Shown here one piece after another: positions 29,458 to 38,345 of a stretch of DNA of 64,000 nucleotides. The position numbers and the translations under genes are program-made. This stretch comes from a virus (Duplodnaviria > Caudoviricetes): positions 1-64,000 of IMG/VR virus record IMGVR_UViG_2636415645_000002. One strand, 5' to 3'. The notes under the pieces were generated by a model. The model saw only the letters and a list, made by a program, of their open reading frames with translations. It was not told the origin of the DNA and did not search any database. Position 1 is the stretch's first letter. Every line of letters starts with the position of its first letter.

Positions 29458-30189
29458 TCAGCTCCTTTCCATCTCCCGAGCCAGGGCACGCCGGAACAGC
29501 GGTTCGAACTCGGCCTGGGCCACGCGATTGGCGACCCCGTAGAAGTCAAAGCGCCGTCGATACGTCGGGCGCTTGACGAAGATCAGGATGGGCCTGGCAC
29601 CACTGCCTACCCGCTGCCAAATGCCACGAGGGCCGGTGCCGTTACCAGGCCGACCCACGAAGTAGTCCGGTGCATTTCGGTTGCGCCGCTGGCTTCGTTT
29701 CGTGCGGTTAGCCATGAAGCCCGACACCCGCTCTGCTGCACCGAGGGCGGATAGGATCTGCACGATCTGGCCGCGACTGATGTTCCCGTTGCCATCCATT
29801 CGGGCGCGCCGACCTGGTACTGCATACATGTCTGCTGGCATCAGACCATAATGAATCAGCGCCTTCTCAAAGCGCTTGTGCGGACGGTTGCCACCTTCCA
29901 TGTGCACAGGCAAGTACTTGGACGCTGGCACACCTGAGCTGGCTTCGTCCTTGACCCACACACGGGCATACAGCCGTGTCACAGTGGCACTGCGCTTGAA
30001 GATGGAGTTAAGTGTCCAGCGTGTGGGGCGATCAAATACCCGCGCCAGTTCGGCTTTCTCGGCAGCCTGGACGCGCTCAGCCGTGAATGTAAGCGCTTTG
30101 GCTGCTGCCGTGGGCACCTTGGACCGGCTGATGCCGCGCATTTCTTTGACGATCTGATCGATGTTGTCGCGCATCTCAAGCCGCATCAT
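29458..30189 (-). CDS. Phage late protein, possibly tail-completion/neck-like
   Basis: Basic 243-aa ORF with FDRPTRWT motif between holin and terS. Confidence 0.6.
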   Translation of the reverse strand: MMRLEMRDNIDQIVKEMRGISRSKVPTAAAKALTFTAERVQAAEKAELARVFDRPTRWTLNSIFKRSATVTRLYARVWVKDEASSGVPASKYLPVHMEGGNRPHKRFEKALIHYGLMPADMYAVPGRRARMDGNGNISRGQIVQILSALGAAERVSGFMANRTKRSQRRNRNAPDYFVGRPGNGTGPRGIWQRVGSGARPILIFVKRPTYRRRFDFYGVANRVAQAEFEPLFRRALAREMERS

Positions 30190-30208
30190 TGCATTGGCTC
30201 CCGAATGA

Positions 30209-30556
30209 TTACCGCCCTACATCTCCGTTGACTGCTGCTGACTCGCTCAGCCCCAATCGCTTAGCCGTCCATCGCTCATATAGCCCGATGGCAACGTCTG
30301 CGCCCGCCATGGCGGTAAGACACCCAAGGGCGCCAGATGTCCAAATCGACATGCCTGCCGCGTACAACAGCATTATCGCGGACACCCCGCACACAACACA
30401 GGCACCGGATCGCAGGGCCAACCGCCGGATCAAGGCCCAGCCCCGTGCCCCCTCCTTGTCAGCACGCCACATTTCGCCAGATACACCGCCCACCAGGGCC
30501 AGGACAATCACTAACCAGATGGGCATCTCTGCCAGCGCTTGCTGTTCGTTCGTCAT
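30209..30556 (-). CDS. Holin
   Basis: Start moved to MTNEQQ; three hydrophobic segments; first late gene. Confidence 0.8.
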   Translation of the reverse strand: MTNEQQALAEMPIWLVIVLALVGGVSGEMWRADKEGARGWALIRRLALRSGACVVCGVSAIMLLYAAGMSIWTSGALGCLTAMAGADVAIGLYERWTAKRLGLSESAAVNGDVGR

Positions 30557-30575
30557 TGCCTTACCCCATAAACGC

Positions 30576-30600
30576 AAAAACCCGGCGCAATGGCCGGGTT
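30576..30600 (-). terminator. Terminator in the late-operon leader
   Basis: AACCCGGC-CATTGC-GCCGGGTT followed by a T tract, just before the holin RBS. Confidence 0.7.
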
Positions 30601-30653
30601 CAGTGTGGTGGTGTGTCCCGCTGCTTGCGGTCGCACCTATCGAAGATGGGTAC

Positions 30654-30682
30654 TTTTTACAGGTGGATTTTACTGGCAGCAA
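30654..30682 (-). promoter_or_regulatory. Putative late promoter
   Basis: TTGCTG-N17-TAAAAA upstream of the leader terminator. Confidence 0.4.
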
Positions 30683-30701
30683 GCGGGTTTTAATGCCATA
30701 G

Positions 30702-30756
30702 CGCAATACGGGTGCAATACAGGTATGACGCAGGTGTAACGCAGGTACAACGCACT
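30702..30756. repeat. Five degenerate tandem 11-bp repeats
   Basis: cgcaatacggg / tgcaatacagg / tatgacgcagg / tgtaacgcagg / tacaacgcact. Confidence 0.7.
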
Positions 30757-30780
30757 CAATCGGCTATCGCTTCTGGTGCA

Positions 30781-31060
30781 CTGTCTTGCCTGTCCCACTA
30801 TTTTGGATCGAAGTAGGACAGCTACAGGTCCCTGACTTCGGGGCTCTGCCCTACTGTCCTACCTTTTTTACTTTTCTCTTGTGTATAGAGAGAAAGCTAA
30901 AAGCACGCGTGCGCGCCATGGGCGCGACTACGTCCCCGCTATGCTCATGTGTGCGTGGGGCGGGTGAAGGTTGGACGGTAGGACAGCCCAGTAACGGCGC
31001 GGCCTGCACCTGTCCAACTGCGCGAAATGCGAGTCGGACAAGGTGGGACAGTAGGACAGT
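30781..31060. repeat. Cluster of GGACAG/CTGTCC iteron-like motifs, putative replication origin
   Basis: Many GGACA(G) motifs in both orientations around an AT-rich core (30863-30903), downstream of the primase-helicase. Confidence 0.55.
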
Positions 31061-31083
31061 GGCACAAGGAGTGGCGCAGAGGG

Positions 31084-31449
31084 TCATGCAGCTTTCCCCA
31101 TCAGCATCCCCTGGATGAACACATGCGCGTCATGCAACCGCATGTAATAGGTCCTCGAACTACAGGCGCAGTGCAACAGCTTCTGCGAGAGGAAGCTTTC
31201 GTGGTTGCAGTAGTGCTCCCACACGACCAGGGCAAGACGAGGCGGCAGGTGTTTCCTGACGATCAGCTCTATGTCGGCCGATTCATCCAGCAGCACCCGA
31301 CTACCCCGCGTGCCGCGTATCAACTCACCTTTGCACTCCATCAGCATGGCGATCATGTTGCCGCCACTCGGCCCGCCAGCACCGTCCGGCACAGGCGAAT
31401 GCAGATCCTGCGCCCACAGTTTGAGCATCTCATCGATTCGCTTAATCAA
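31084..31449 (-). CDS. Late regulator / antiterminator-like protein (PA0613-like)
   Basis: IDEMLKLWA N-terminus and C-terminal HTH (SRTYYMRLHDAH); position before late genes. Confidence 0.7.
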   Translation of the reverse strand: MIKRIDEMLKLWAQDLHSPVPDGAGGPSGGNMIAMLMECKGELIRGTRGSRVLLDESADIELIVRKHLPPRLALVVWEHYCNHESFLSQKLLHCACSSRTYYMRLHDAHVFIQGMLMGKAA

Positions 31450-33658
31450 AGCAAGGCTCCTCGATCACCGCCTGCTGCAACGCAGACGCACGCCCCCAGC
31501 CCGCAGGCTTTTCATAGGCCCATGGCCGCACGCCGCTTTTTGGCAGCGCGGGCATACGCCGCTTGCGCCAACCCAACCGGTGCATGATCGCCCCGACCCG
31601 CATCTGCTCGGGCTTGCCCCAATGTCCGAAGTCCAGCTTCAGCGCCTGGGTCAGGATCTCGTTGCCGGTGGCGGTTTCGCCGATCTGCGACTCTTCCATC
31701 CAGGCCAGGATCGGCCCTTCCCATTCATCCACCACAAAGCGCTCGTCTTGAGCCTCGGCGAACATCTTGGATTCGTCCTTGTTCACCCACCAGATATCGC
31801 CCGCTTCAAAGCAGAACAGCGCCTCAGCCCATAGCTGATCGCGGATCTCGCGTAATTGCTCCAGATCGACCTTGTTGCAGAACACCGGCCAGTAGCGGCG
31901 GTTGCCCGTGGCGTCCTTGAGGTACTCCTCTTGGTTGGTGGTGCCCACGAAAACACACTGGCGTGGCACGTCATTCGTTCTGCGGCCGTAGCTCTCTCGG
32001 TAGGTGTCGGTGGACGCAGAGAAGAACTGCTTGGCCTTGGTGCTTTCAGCCTTGTTGAAACTGTCCAGCTCGCCCAGCTCGACGATCCACTTGCCGCGAA
32101 TCGCCTGGAAGCTGTCCTTGTCACCGAGGGCAAAGGGGGTATCCATGAACCACTCGCCACCGAGCACGCCCATGGCCGTGGACTTACCGGCGCCTTGCCC
32201 GCCTTCGAGGATCATCACCGAGTCTGCCTTGCAGCCTGGGCGCATCACACGGGCGACCGCCGAGATGAGCCAGCGCTTACCGACCTTGGCCGAGTACTCG
32301 CTGGCCTGGACACCCAATACGTCGGTTAGCCAGGTTTCAATGCGTGGCACGCGATCCCATTCCAGCTTCTCCAGGTACTCACGCACCGGGTGAAACGCAT
32401 GGTCGTGGGCAACCACGCTGACCGCCTCGATCACATGGGACGCTTTGACCCGCAGGTTGTACTGCTGCGCGAGCCACTTCATCACTCGCATGTCGTCGAT
32501 GTCTGCCCAGTCGCCGGCACCGCCGCCAAAGGGCGCAGACCGCAGCTTAACGATCTTGGAACTGAACACGCTGTAGCCGATGACACCGGCCCAGCGTTCG
32601 TCATTGCCCAGGATCAGCTCGACGTTTTGCATGTGCGCAATCAGGGAGCCGTTTTCGGTGCGGGCCAGTTGGTCTTTCCAACCACCTGCTGCAGGAGGCT
32701 TGACCACCGCAAGCACCTGGCGGCGGACGGCCTCCAACCCTTCGGCGACGTGCAGGTCGTTGAAGTCGGTCCACTTGATCTCGCGGTCACCGGAAAACAC
32801 CGGGGCGACTACTTGACCGCCGACAACCAGCGCGGCGTTGTTCGCTTTCTCTTCGCCTGGGTTCCAAGGGTCGCCATTGGGACGCTTAGTTTTCCAGTCG
32901 TCATCGCGACAGATGATCAGAGGGCAGCCGGGGAAGCGCTCGCGCATGGCCTTGGAGACTGGCAGTAAGTTGCCCGCGTCGAAGGCGATAGCAACAGTGA
33001 GCGAAGTCGCCATGTGCAGGCTTGCGCCCGTGGCGTAGCCCTCACACACCAGCACCGGTTCGCCTGGCTCTGGATGGGGGCCGATCAGGTGGAAAGCGCC
33101 CTCTTTTGACATACCGGGCGGCCAGTACTGCTTATCCCGCCCAGTGTCCTCTTGCTTGGCTGGGAAGATCACCTGCAGGCCGACGATCTGGTCACGGACG
33201 TTGCACATGGGCACCAAAAATGCGCCAGTACGTGGCGCATAGCGAACCTTGAAGCCAACGATCTGCTTTCGATCCAGATAGGCGCTCTTACCCTTTTCGG
33301 GCATGCGCTTGAACAGGCCGGCAGCACGGTTGGCCGCTCGGCGTGATGCGTTGGCCGCGATCTCGGCGGCTTTACGCTTGGCATCTTCCTGGCGAGCGCG
33401 CATGACTTCGCGCTCCTCGGGGCTCATGCGTCCGGGCTTCACCTTGATCTTTTGGGTATCGCCAGAACGCCAGTCGCCGAAGCTGCCGAAGATCAGCGTT
33501 TCGTTTTTTTCGGTGCGGTGTTCGTGGATGACGTACCAGCCGTTTTTTTCTTTGCCTTTGTCCTGGGTGGTTTTGCAGCGGGTGAGCTTGCCGAATACCA
33601 AGGGTTGAGCGGGCTCAAGACCATAGTCCGCGAACTGATTGATCACATCATCGAGCAT
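31442..33658 (-). CDS. Toprim primase fused to VapE helicase
   Basis: CEGYATG and D.D Toprim motifs; GGQGAGKST Walker A; TGNRRYWP; start moved to MLDDV. Confidence 0.9.
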   Translation of the reverse strand: MLDDVINQFADYGLEPAQPLVFGKLTRCKTTQDKGKEKNGWYVIHEHRTEKNETLIFGSFGDWRSGDTQKIKVKPGRMSPEEREVMRARQEDAKRKAAEIAANASRRAANRAAGLFKRMPEKGKSAYLDRKQIVGFKVRYAPRTGAFLVPMCNVRDQIVGLQVIFPAKQEDTGRDKQYWPPGMSKEGAFHLIGPHPEPGEPVLVCEGYATGASLHMATSLTVAIAFDAGNLLPVSKAMRERFPGCPLIICRDDDWKTKRPNGDPWNPGEEKANNAALVVGGQVVAPVFSGDREIKWTDFNDLHVAEGLEAVRRQVLAVVKPPAAGGWKDQLARTENGSLIAHMQNVELILGNDERWAGVIGYSVFSSKIVKLRSAPFGGGAGDWADIDDMRVMKWLAQQYNLRVKASHVIEAVSVVAHDHAFHPVREYLEKLEWDRVPRIETWLTDVLGVQASEYSAKVGKRWLISAVARVMRPGCKADSVMILEGGQGAGKSTAMGVLGGEWFMDTPFALGDKDSFQAIRGKWIVELGELDSFNKAESTKAKQFFSASTDTYRESYGRRTNDVPRQCVFVGTTNQEEYLKDATGNRRYWPVFCNKVDLEQLREIRDQLWAEALFCFEAGDIWWVNKDESKMFAEAQDERFVVDEWEGPILAWMEESQIGETATGNEILTQALKLDFGHWGKPEQMRVGAIMHRLGWRKRRMPALPKSGVRPWAYEKPAGWGRASALQQAVIEEPCFD

Positions 33659-33875
33659 AACGGGCAGCCTTCTGATCATCGACTGTCTTGCACTCAATGC
33701 AGAGCGTGCAGCCGGGCTGTGCCAAGCGACGGGCCTCGGGGATGGGGCCATCACATTCATCACAGAACATCAGCGAATGCTGAGCCGTGTTGGACATCAG
33801 CGCCAGGCGTGCAGCGACGGCCTGATCAATGCGCTCTTGCACCAGGTCGTTTGCGAAGTCAGCGATATCAGCCAC
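33648..33875 (-). CDS. TraR/DksA C4 zinc-finger protein (PtrB-like)
   Basis: AD..D.A N-terminus; CDECDGPIPEARR...C..CIEC; GTG start. Confidence 0.88.
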   Translation of the reverse strand: MADIADFANDLVQERIDQAVAARLALMSNTAQHSLMFCDECDGPIPEARRLAQPGCTLCIECKTVDDQKAARYAR

Positions 33876-34386
33876 GTTCCACCCCACAAGTCGTCTGGTT
33901 GACGTAGCGGGCGCGGTTGTACATGCCCAATAACCCCTGAATGCCACGAAACACCAACTGGCGTATCTCAGCCAGCTCACGGTCATCGACCTTGCCGTCG
34001 CCAATGTGCTTGGCCCAGGTTTCGGACAAATCGGCGACCTGCCGGAAAAACATGGCGATACCCGTAGTCAGGGTCTCTGGCATGTCGTTGGTGTACGCCT
34101 CAGCCAGTTCCTGCCAGATCGTGTCGCCAACAAGGGCGTGCACTGCATCGAGAATGCGGCGGTCCTTGGTCAGTTCGAGGATCTCGCCGAACTCCTGGAT
34201 GTTGACGGTGTGCGAGGGATGGGTGGGAGACAACTTGTGTTGCAGCGTGGTGGCATTGCGGCCGGTGGTGGCGGCAATTGCTGCGGCACCGCCGGGATAG
34301 TCCCGTGCGGCGTGGTACAGGGCTAATTCGAGCGTCAGTACTTCCTTTTGCGCTCGATCAACACAGCTTAAAGCTACTCGGCTCAT
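33868..34386 (-). CDS. Phage regulatory CII-family protein
   Basis: YPGGAAAIA, TLQHKLSP and DGKVD..E motifs. Confidence 0.75.
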   Translation of the reverse strand: MSRVALSCVDRAQKEVLTLELALYHAARDYPGGAAAIAATTGRNATTLQHKLSPTHPSHTVNIQEFGEILELTKDRRILDAVHALVGDTIWQELAEAYTNDMPETLTTGIAMFFRQVADLSETWAKHIGDGKVDDRELAEIRQLVFRGIQGLLGMYNRARYVNQTTCGVERG

Positions 34387-34686
34387 GGCATTAATCCTAC
34401 TAAGTTGCCAGTGCCCCGCGACGTGTAGTGGTGATACATTTGCCGCGTGGCTTGAAAGGGCCCAAACGCCGGCTAGATCTAGGGATCGAAACCGGCACCG
34501 TGCCGAGGCGAACAATCCGTTGCTCACCTCTGGCGCAACAGCTGCCTAATCTGTGGTGGAAAAGGCAGCAACCCAAGACATCCGTGTCTTGGCAGCGCGA
34601 TAAAGGGAGGTGGTTTGCATGTGGTGTGCCCTCCTACCTTCGTCGCGACCCGACAGCACTGTGGTGGTGTGTGCCGGGAGGAACTG

Positions 34687-34710
34687 GGCGGCCCTTGGGT
34701 CGCCTTTTTT
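34687..34710 (+). terminator. Plus-strand Rho-independent terminator in the cro-cII spacer
   Basis: GGCGGCC-CTTG-GGTCGCC-TTTTTT. Confidence 0.65.
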
Positions 34711-34714
34711 CTAT

Positions 34715-34975
34715 CTACGCTGCAGCTTTTTGCGGGGCCGATGCGTTGAGCAACCAGGCAGCATCAAACGCGTTGCCCTTTTGCTCAGCGGCGGCCGCTA
34801 AGAGTTTTGCGTAGCGGGTTTCACCGGTGTAATCGGTGCGGGGAAGGCTGGCAGCCAAGCGCCATTTATTGAGTGCCTGGTAACTCCTGTCACATACCTT
34901 GGCGGCGGCTCCGATGCCGCCTACTGCTTCAAATGCGAACGCGATGGCGTTCGGAAAATCTGCGGGGTCCAACAT
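34715..34975 (-). CDS. cro: Cro-like repressor
   Basis: Small HTH protein (GGIGAAAKVC..SYQALNKW) divergent from cI. Confidence 0.8.
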   Translation of the reverse strand: MLDPADFPNAIAFAFEAVGGIGAAAKVCDRSYQALNKWRLAASLPRTDYTGETRYAKLLAAAAEQKGNAFDAAWLLNASAPQKAAA

Positions 34976-34988
34976 GGCAACCTCCATT

Positions 34989-35063
34989 TATCAACTCGCG
35001 GTTGATATTAACATCAACTGACTATTGCGCAAGCCCTGTGAGAGTATCAACTCATGGTTGATA
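34989..35063. promoter_or_regulatory. OR-like operators TATCAAC-N5-GTTGATA
   Basis: Perfect dyads at 34989-35007 and 35045-35063 with a degenerate site between. Confidence 0.8.
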
Positions 35064-35779
35064 AGAATGAGTTAAGGGCAGCTTTCACGGCGCGCCTACA
35101 CGAAGCACTCGACGATGCCGGTGTACGCACCCGTGGGCGTGGGGTGGATATTCATAAGCATTTGGTGAAGGTTGGGGCTGAAAAAAGCACTCAAGCCATC
35201 AGTAAGTGGCTCAATGGTGAATCCATTCCCGAGGCAGACAGCATGGTTGTGCTGTGTTCATGGCTGAAGGTGCGAAGGGAGTGGCTGGAGTATGGGGTGC
35301 TGCCAAAACAGCAAACCGGCGACAGTAATGTCCGTCAGCTCGGCGCTGCGGGCGAAAGTAATGTCCGTGAGGTAACTCGGCAGTTTGGAAAGGTCCCGCT
35401 GATTTCTTGGGTGCAGGCAGGAGCGTGGTGCGAGTCGAACTTTGAGCAACATGACGGCGAATCGTGGCTATCTTGCCCCGTGCCTATAAGTGAAAGTGGT
35501 TATGCGCTGAGAGTGCTTGGGGACTCAATGACGAATCCTGGGCCAGGTCGTAGCTACCCTACTGGTTGTATAATTTTCGTAGATCCTGAGGCTGAAACAA
35601 AAACCGGTGATCGGGTTATCGCACGCGTACCTCGAACCAACGAGGCCACCTTTAAGGTGTTTGTAGAAGACGCGGGGCGTCAGTTTTTAAGACCTATCAA
35701 TCCTCAATACCCAATAATCGATATCACTGAAGAAACGCATATATGCGGAAAAGTGGTAGGATCATTCATCCCTGAATGA
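35054..35779 (+). CDS. cI: CI repressor (HTH plus S24 autopeptidase)
   Basis: HTH, VQAG cleavage site, GDSM and TFK catalytic motifs. Confidence 0.93.
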   Translation: MVDKNELRAAFTARLHEALDDAGVRTRGRGVDIHKHLVKVGAEKSTQAISKWLNGESIPEADSMVVLCSWLKVRREWLEYGVLPKQQTGDSNVRQLGAAGESNVREVTRQFGKVPLISWVQAGAWCESNFEQHDGESWLSCPVPISESGYALRVLGDSMTNPGPGRSYPTGCIIFVDPEAETKTGDRVIARVPRTNEATFKVFVEDAGRQFLRPINPQYPIIDITEETHICGKVVGSFIPE

Positions 35780-35800
35780 TCCTACACTCACCACAGCTAG

Positions 35801-36031
35801 TTACGATCGTCCACACAAAACGCAACGACTATCGCGTGGCCCTAGATTAATCATAGTCTCGTTGATAGCACTGCCCAATGCTTCTAATGAAATCGTTTCA
35901 TTATTACTTTCGCTATGATATTCCAAAATCTCTTTAATAAATGCCATCTTTTCTTTGGAAGTCATTTGCAAATAAGCATTTTTAGCTGACACAACTTTAG
36001 GGTACATAATTAAACTCCTAGAAATTCCCAC
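35801..36031 (-). CDS. Small hypothetical protein with C-terminal CxxC
   Basis: AT-rich ORF overlapping the end of 36018-36584; ends RCVLCGRS. Confidence 0.55.
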   Translation of the reverse strand: MGISRSLIMYPKVVSAKNAYLQMTSKEKMAFIKEILEYHSESNNETISLEALGSAINETMINLGPRDSRCVLCGRS

Positions 36032-36584
36032 ACGTATCGCAGTTACCGGGTTTCATTGTCAACGGTTTGATCCCGCAAACCACACACGTTTCCCTATGCT
36101 GATAGAGAGACATGCGCATTCCGTAGCGAATGTCCGCGTCAGTGACTGACTGCGTCAGATCAGCCTGCTCTTGTCGTAGCTCTTCCGCTAACAACTCGCT
36201 AAATCTTTCTTCAGCGTTTTGAGGTGGCATTTCCCCCAATGTTTTCCAAGCTCCAGACATTTTCAGATTATTTTGCATGGAGCCAATAGCATACGCATAT
36301 TTGCTATCCCACTGTGCAACCAACGTCCAGAGAGACAGAGCTAACTGAATAGTCATCAATATCCCCGCCGGGATAAAAACATACGCTAAAAACCCAACGC
36401 TAAACGCTAAAGCTCCGGCACCTACGACAAGTGGCACAACGAAACCAAGGTACGTAATAATGTTTCTATAGAAGGATATTTTATCCGAACGTCTTTTAAA
36501 AATTCTAGACGTCCCATAAGCATCCAATTCTTTATTGTGGCATCGTTCTTTGAAGTCCAAATAACCTCCCATATTTATATGCAC
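36018..36584 (-). CDS. Mobilome CxxCx(11)CxxC membrane protein (SLATT-like, 2 TM)
   Basis: Two hydrophobic helices; C-terminal CVVC-GIKPLTMKPGN-CDTC. Confidence 0.8.
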   Translation of the reverse strand: MHINMGGYLDFKERCHNKELDAYGTSRIFKRRSDKISFYRNIITYLGFVVPLVVGAGALAFSVGFLAYVFIPAGILMTIQLALSLWTLVAQWDSKYAYAIGSMQNNLKMSGAWKTLGEMPPQNAEERFSELLAEELRQEQADLTQSVTDADIRYGMRMSLYQHRETCVVCGIKPLTMKPGNCDTCGNF

Positions 36585-36688
36585 GTCCCTATCAAAACTC
36601 TACTGAAAATCCCAGTGAAAAAGCAGAGGCCCAGCATAGTATCATTATGCTACCACTAAGTAGATGAAACGACCCCTAACCAAAATAT

Positions 36689-36730
36689 TAGCAACCTATG
36701 GTTGACATTAAATCAATCAATGGTTGATAT
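36689..36730 (+). promoter_or_regulatory. PL/OL-like promoter with two CI operators
   Basis: TTGACA -35 inside TAGCAAC-N5-GTTGACA; second site AATCAAT-N5-GTTGATA. Confidence 0.75.
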
Positions 36731-36766
36731 TTGTCTCACTCTTCCACCACAGAGCGAGGCAATACC

Positions 36767-36943
36767 ATGCACACCACAGCTACCCTGCACGTCCACCCGG
36801 CCGCTGCTAACCCCTCCCGCATCTTTGAAATCCGCCGCCTGGCGCAAGACCTCGGCTGCAAATTCATCATGTCCAAACCTAAGCCGAAAGAACGCAACGC
36901 GCCCTACCCGTTCGATCCGAACGGCGGAGGGCACGCGGCATGA
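36767..36943 (+). CDS. Early hypothetical protein
   Basis: RBS GAGG; ATGA coupling to the next gene. Confidence 0.7.
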   Translation: MHTTATLHVHPAAANPSRIFEIRRLAQDLGCKFIMSKPKPKERNAPYPFDPNGGGHAA

Positions 36944-37521
36944 GCAAGTACAAAATCGACAATCGCACCCTGACCCTGCTCAAGGCCCAGGTACACCTAA
37001 CCGAAACCTTCAACCACCTACTGCGTGCCGAAGTTCACCGGGAGGCCCTAGCCTTCCGCCTGAAAGTTGAGCACCGCAAAGCCGACACACACTTCACTGT
37101 TGAGCTGGGAAGCGAACGCCACACGCTGACCCTGACCAACAGCAAAAAGATGCACCTTAAGCTTGCGGACTTCATCGAGGAGATCGTCAACGGGCCAGCC
37201 AGTCCAAGCGATCCGTCGTCAGTGCCGCACGCTGACCGCCGCTACGGCGTCTTCGAAATTGAACACAAGCAGCGTGTGTTCGACCTGGTGCAAACCGGCG
37301 GCGCGCTGAGCCTCGATATGGGTTTTGAGCAACCTATCAACCTGGCAATCCATCGCAACAAAACCCGAACGGGCGTCACCACCATCATGAGCATCGGCGT
37401 CAAGAAGCCATTCAGCAAGTGCTTCACGGTGTGCGGCAGTGACGTGGAGATCTACTCCATGGTGGCCGAATCCATCACTCACCTGGCAGCCGTGGCAACT
37501 CCCGCCGCGCATGCAGCCTAG
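36940..37521 (+). CDS. Early hypothetical protein
   Basis: Long ORF in the early operon. Confidence 0.75.
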   Translation: MSKYKIDNRTLTLLKAQVHLTETFNHLLRAEVHREALAFRLKVEHRKADTHFTVELGSERHTLTLTNSKKMHLKLADFIEEIVNGPASPSDPSSVPHADRRYGVFEIEHKQRVFDLVQTGGALSLDMGFEQPINLAIHRNKTRTGVTTIMSIGVKKPFSKCFTVCGSDVEIYSMVAESITHLAAVATPAAHAA

Positions 37522-37530
37522 GAGGTCGCG

Positions 37531-37815
37531 ATGGAACGTAGCCTGGAAAAGGCCGCCAAGTACTTCGGCCTCACCCGCCCCAAACTGATCGCGCTGATGC
37601 GTGACAAGGGCTTGCTCTCTGACCGCAACCTCCCGGCGTTTCCTGTACGTGATCGGGAATATCTGCGGATCAAGAACGGCAACTGGTACCACGAGACGGC
37701 CGGAATGCAATACAGCCAGTCGACGAAGGTCCGGCAAGCCGGCATGCCCTGGCTGGCAAGTCAGCTGGGCCTCGAACTGCCAGCCATTCCGGCAGACAAC
37801 CGTGACGTGGCCTAG
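37531..37815 (+). CDS. Antirepressor KilAC-domain protein
   Basis: AAKYFGL.RPKL...MRDKGLL...N.P and T.V...G..WL pattern. Confidence 0.75.
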   Translation: MERSLEKAAKYFGLTRPKLIALMRDKGLLSDRNLPAFPVRDREYLRIKNGNWYHETAGMQYSQSTKVRQAGMPWLASQLGLELPAIPADNRDVA

Positions 37816-37978
37816 GGAGTACGCCCGCCAGATCGTCGCCATGCACACACGCGAGGAGCGCAATGCCGCGCTCCTCGAAGTGCCGGAGCATCTGCGGGAG
37901 CTGACCAAACGCCACTGCCTGAATGCCTGGAACCACCCATCACGACTCAAACGCAAGGAGGCCGCCATCCATGAGTAA
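37802..37978 (+). CDS. Small phage protein
   Basis: WPREYARQI...ERNAALLEVPEH; GTG start; coupled to neighbours. Confidence 0.65.
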   Translation: MTWPREYARQIVAMHTREERNAALLEVPEHLRELTKRHCLNAWNHPSRLKRKEAAIHE

Positions 37979-38297
37979 CAACAATCAAACACCGCTACGA
38001 CTGCAACCCGCGCCGGATAGCGCAACCGTCGAGATGCTGCACCGACTCTTCGGCGACGTGCTTATCCCCCTGGAAAAGCTGCGCGTGCATTACTTCAAGA
38101 ACCTCAACGAAAAGACTTTTACTGAGGCGATCAACAGCGGCCGTATTCAGCTGCCGGTGACCACCCTGGATCACAGCGTCAAGGCGTTGAGGTATGCCCA
38201 CATCAAGCATGTCGCGGCACTGATTGATATCCGCGCTTACAGGGCGGATGAGGACATGCCGCGACCACAAACTGATTCAACCGAGCCAGAGCAGTAA
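37971..38297 (+). CDS. Pyocin activator PrtN-family protein
   Basis: LFGDVLIPLE....YF and I.SGRIQLPV.......K....HI..VA..ID pattern. Confidence 0.8.
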   Translation: MSNNNQTPLRLQPAPDSATVEMLHRLFGDVLIPLEKLRVHYFKNLNEKTFTEAINSGRIQLPVTTLDHSVKALRYAHIKHVAALIDIRAYRADEDMPRPQTDSTEPEQ

Positions 38298-38345
38298 CAC
38301 CAACGGCTGCCACCACCAGCCAACAAACCACCAGGAGCACACCAC

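Noticed and set aside
30702-31060. CRISPR array or coding ORFs in the repeat region
   Set aside because: Repeats are 6-11 bp, degenerate and lack unique spacers; no cas genes; the overlapping ORFs lack RBS and protein-like features.
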